64,000 bases of DNA, taken from contig JAUZTB010000001.1 of assembly GCA_034780895.1 (NCBI GenBank), forward strand, positions 49,589,945 through 49,653,944, given 5' to 3'. Source of the stretch: Rhynchobatus australiae. Lineage: Eukaryota. The notes under the pieces are model-generated. The model saw only the letters and a list, made by a program, of their open reading frames with translations. It ran no database searches and had not been told where the DNA came from. The first letter of the stretch is position 1; every line of letters begins with the position of its first letter. Shown in pieces: positions 62,637 to 64,000 of the stretch. A program made the position numbers and the translations under genes.

Positions 62637-64000
62637 CTGAAGGGGAAAAAGTTAATATGAATGAAAATTATTAACATTCAGGAGATCAGAAGATTTCCAG
62701 GCAGAGAAGTTGAAGTGTGCATGATGAAATATGTACTGAATTCCCTACATAGATAACTGATTGCTAAATGAATTACATGAAATTTTCTTATGTATTCCTT
62801 TATTGACTGCTTATCANNNNNNNNNNNNNNNNNNNNNNNNNNNNNNNNNNNNNNNNNNNNNNNNNNNNNNNNNNNNNNNNNNNNNNNNNNNNNNNNNNNN
62901 NNNNNNNNNNNNNNNNGGACAGAATTCCTCAGAAAATTAAAGGGATTAATTAATTAAATTAAAATGCAAACTGAGCTAAGCAATTACTTATATTCATAAT
63001 TTGGGACTAATAATTCACATGGCTGTCTAACTTTCTGCATGCTTTCAATAAATAAATTTTTTATCTGGGCAGTTTATGAAGCCAACAAATGATTTTATAT
63101 AAATTTGTAACTTACTAAAACATTTCTCTTAGTGTTCACATACAAAATATTCTGCAATTCTAGCTTTCCAGTTGATTGTCATTTGGGAGAGAAGGTGCCT
63201 CTGGCACTTGACATCAGTCCGAATTATAGGGTACATGACAGCTATAGCTGATCTTTCAAACTTTTGTTTTAAAAAACAGGTGTTAGTATTGTGGCTTCCA
63301 TTCGTCCATTAAAGCAATACTATATTAAATAGTGAACCACACTACTTTTAAATTTTATTCTATCCCGCACTAGCTCAACAATTGTATTAATCAGTCTAGC
63401 TCAGCAAAGCCAAAATACTGATTTTTCTTAAGTACTCTTGGTAAGTGACTTGCTACCAAAATAACTTTGGATCTGTTCATGACTTGGTGATTAATTATCG
63501 ACATATCTCCAGATTAAAAATTAGTAATATCATTACTCCCAAATGATACAATGTAGAGAACAAGATACTCCAGGAATTTATTTTCAAATACTCTGAGGTT
63601 GCCTCAGAAACCTTTATCCTTTTCAATAAAAGATGGTAGGATCTCCAACTCAGTACTTATATCCCTAACCATTAGAGTGCATTGTGCAAAACACTTGCAG
63701 CTATCTTATTTACCCAATCCAAGTCTATGCACTAATGAGCCAGTGCATAGAGGGCATGTGACCAAACCCATTTGATTTTCTTAAAATATGGCAGAGATTC
63801 TCAATCTGCAAGATTATGGTTCACAAAATTAAGGGTGATAAATACTTTACCAATTCGTAAAAATAACAAAATAAAAAAAAATATGGAGAACTGATGGCAG
63901 AGTCTTTTGTTAAAGCAGAGGCTGGTTAGAATTCACATAGAGTTCACCTGTTGCTGCAAAGAAGGGAAATAGACAATGTGGTTCATGTGCCCGAAAGAAG

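Overview
AT-rich vertebrate genomic DNA from a gapped draft assembly (14 N-runs). The repeat content (V-SINE, CR1 LINEs, Penelope-like elements, Rex1-type LINE tails) points to a cartilaginous fish, probably a ray or shark (inference). The whole window is the interior of NCKAP1 (Nap1/Hem-2, WAVE regulatory complex) on the minus strand. I read 19 consecutive coding exons (about exons 11-29 by human numbering, recalled from memory), 2179 nt in one open frame, all with GT-AG introns and consistent phases. The 5' exons and the last two exons are not visible. The introns hold decayed retroelements. No new protein-coding system is supported; most ORF-track entries are noise or repeat remnants. The best leads are structural: (1) relics of minimal hammerhead ribozymes in several Penelope terminal repeats; (2) a perfect 81-bp direct repeat bracketing the symmetric exon 18; (3) inverted V-SINEs, including a pair flanking a 450-nt phase-symmetric exon block that would form a stop-free circRNA; (4) an abrupt identity switch between two SINE copies; (5) an extra codon in exon 12; (6) a locally repeated 15-mer near the left edge.
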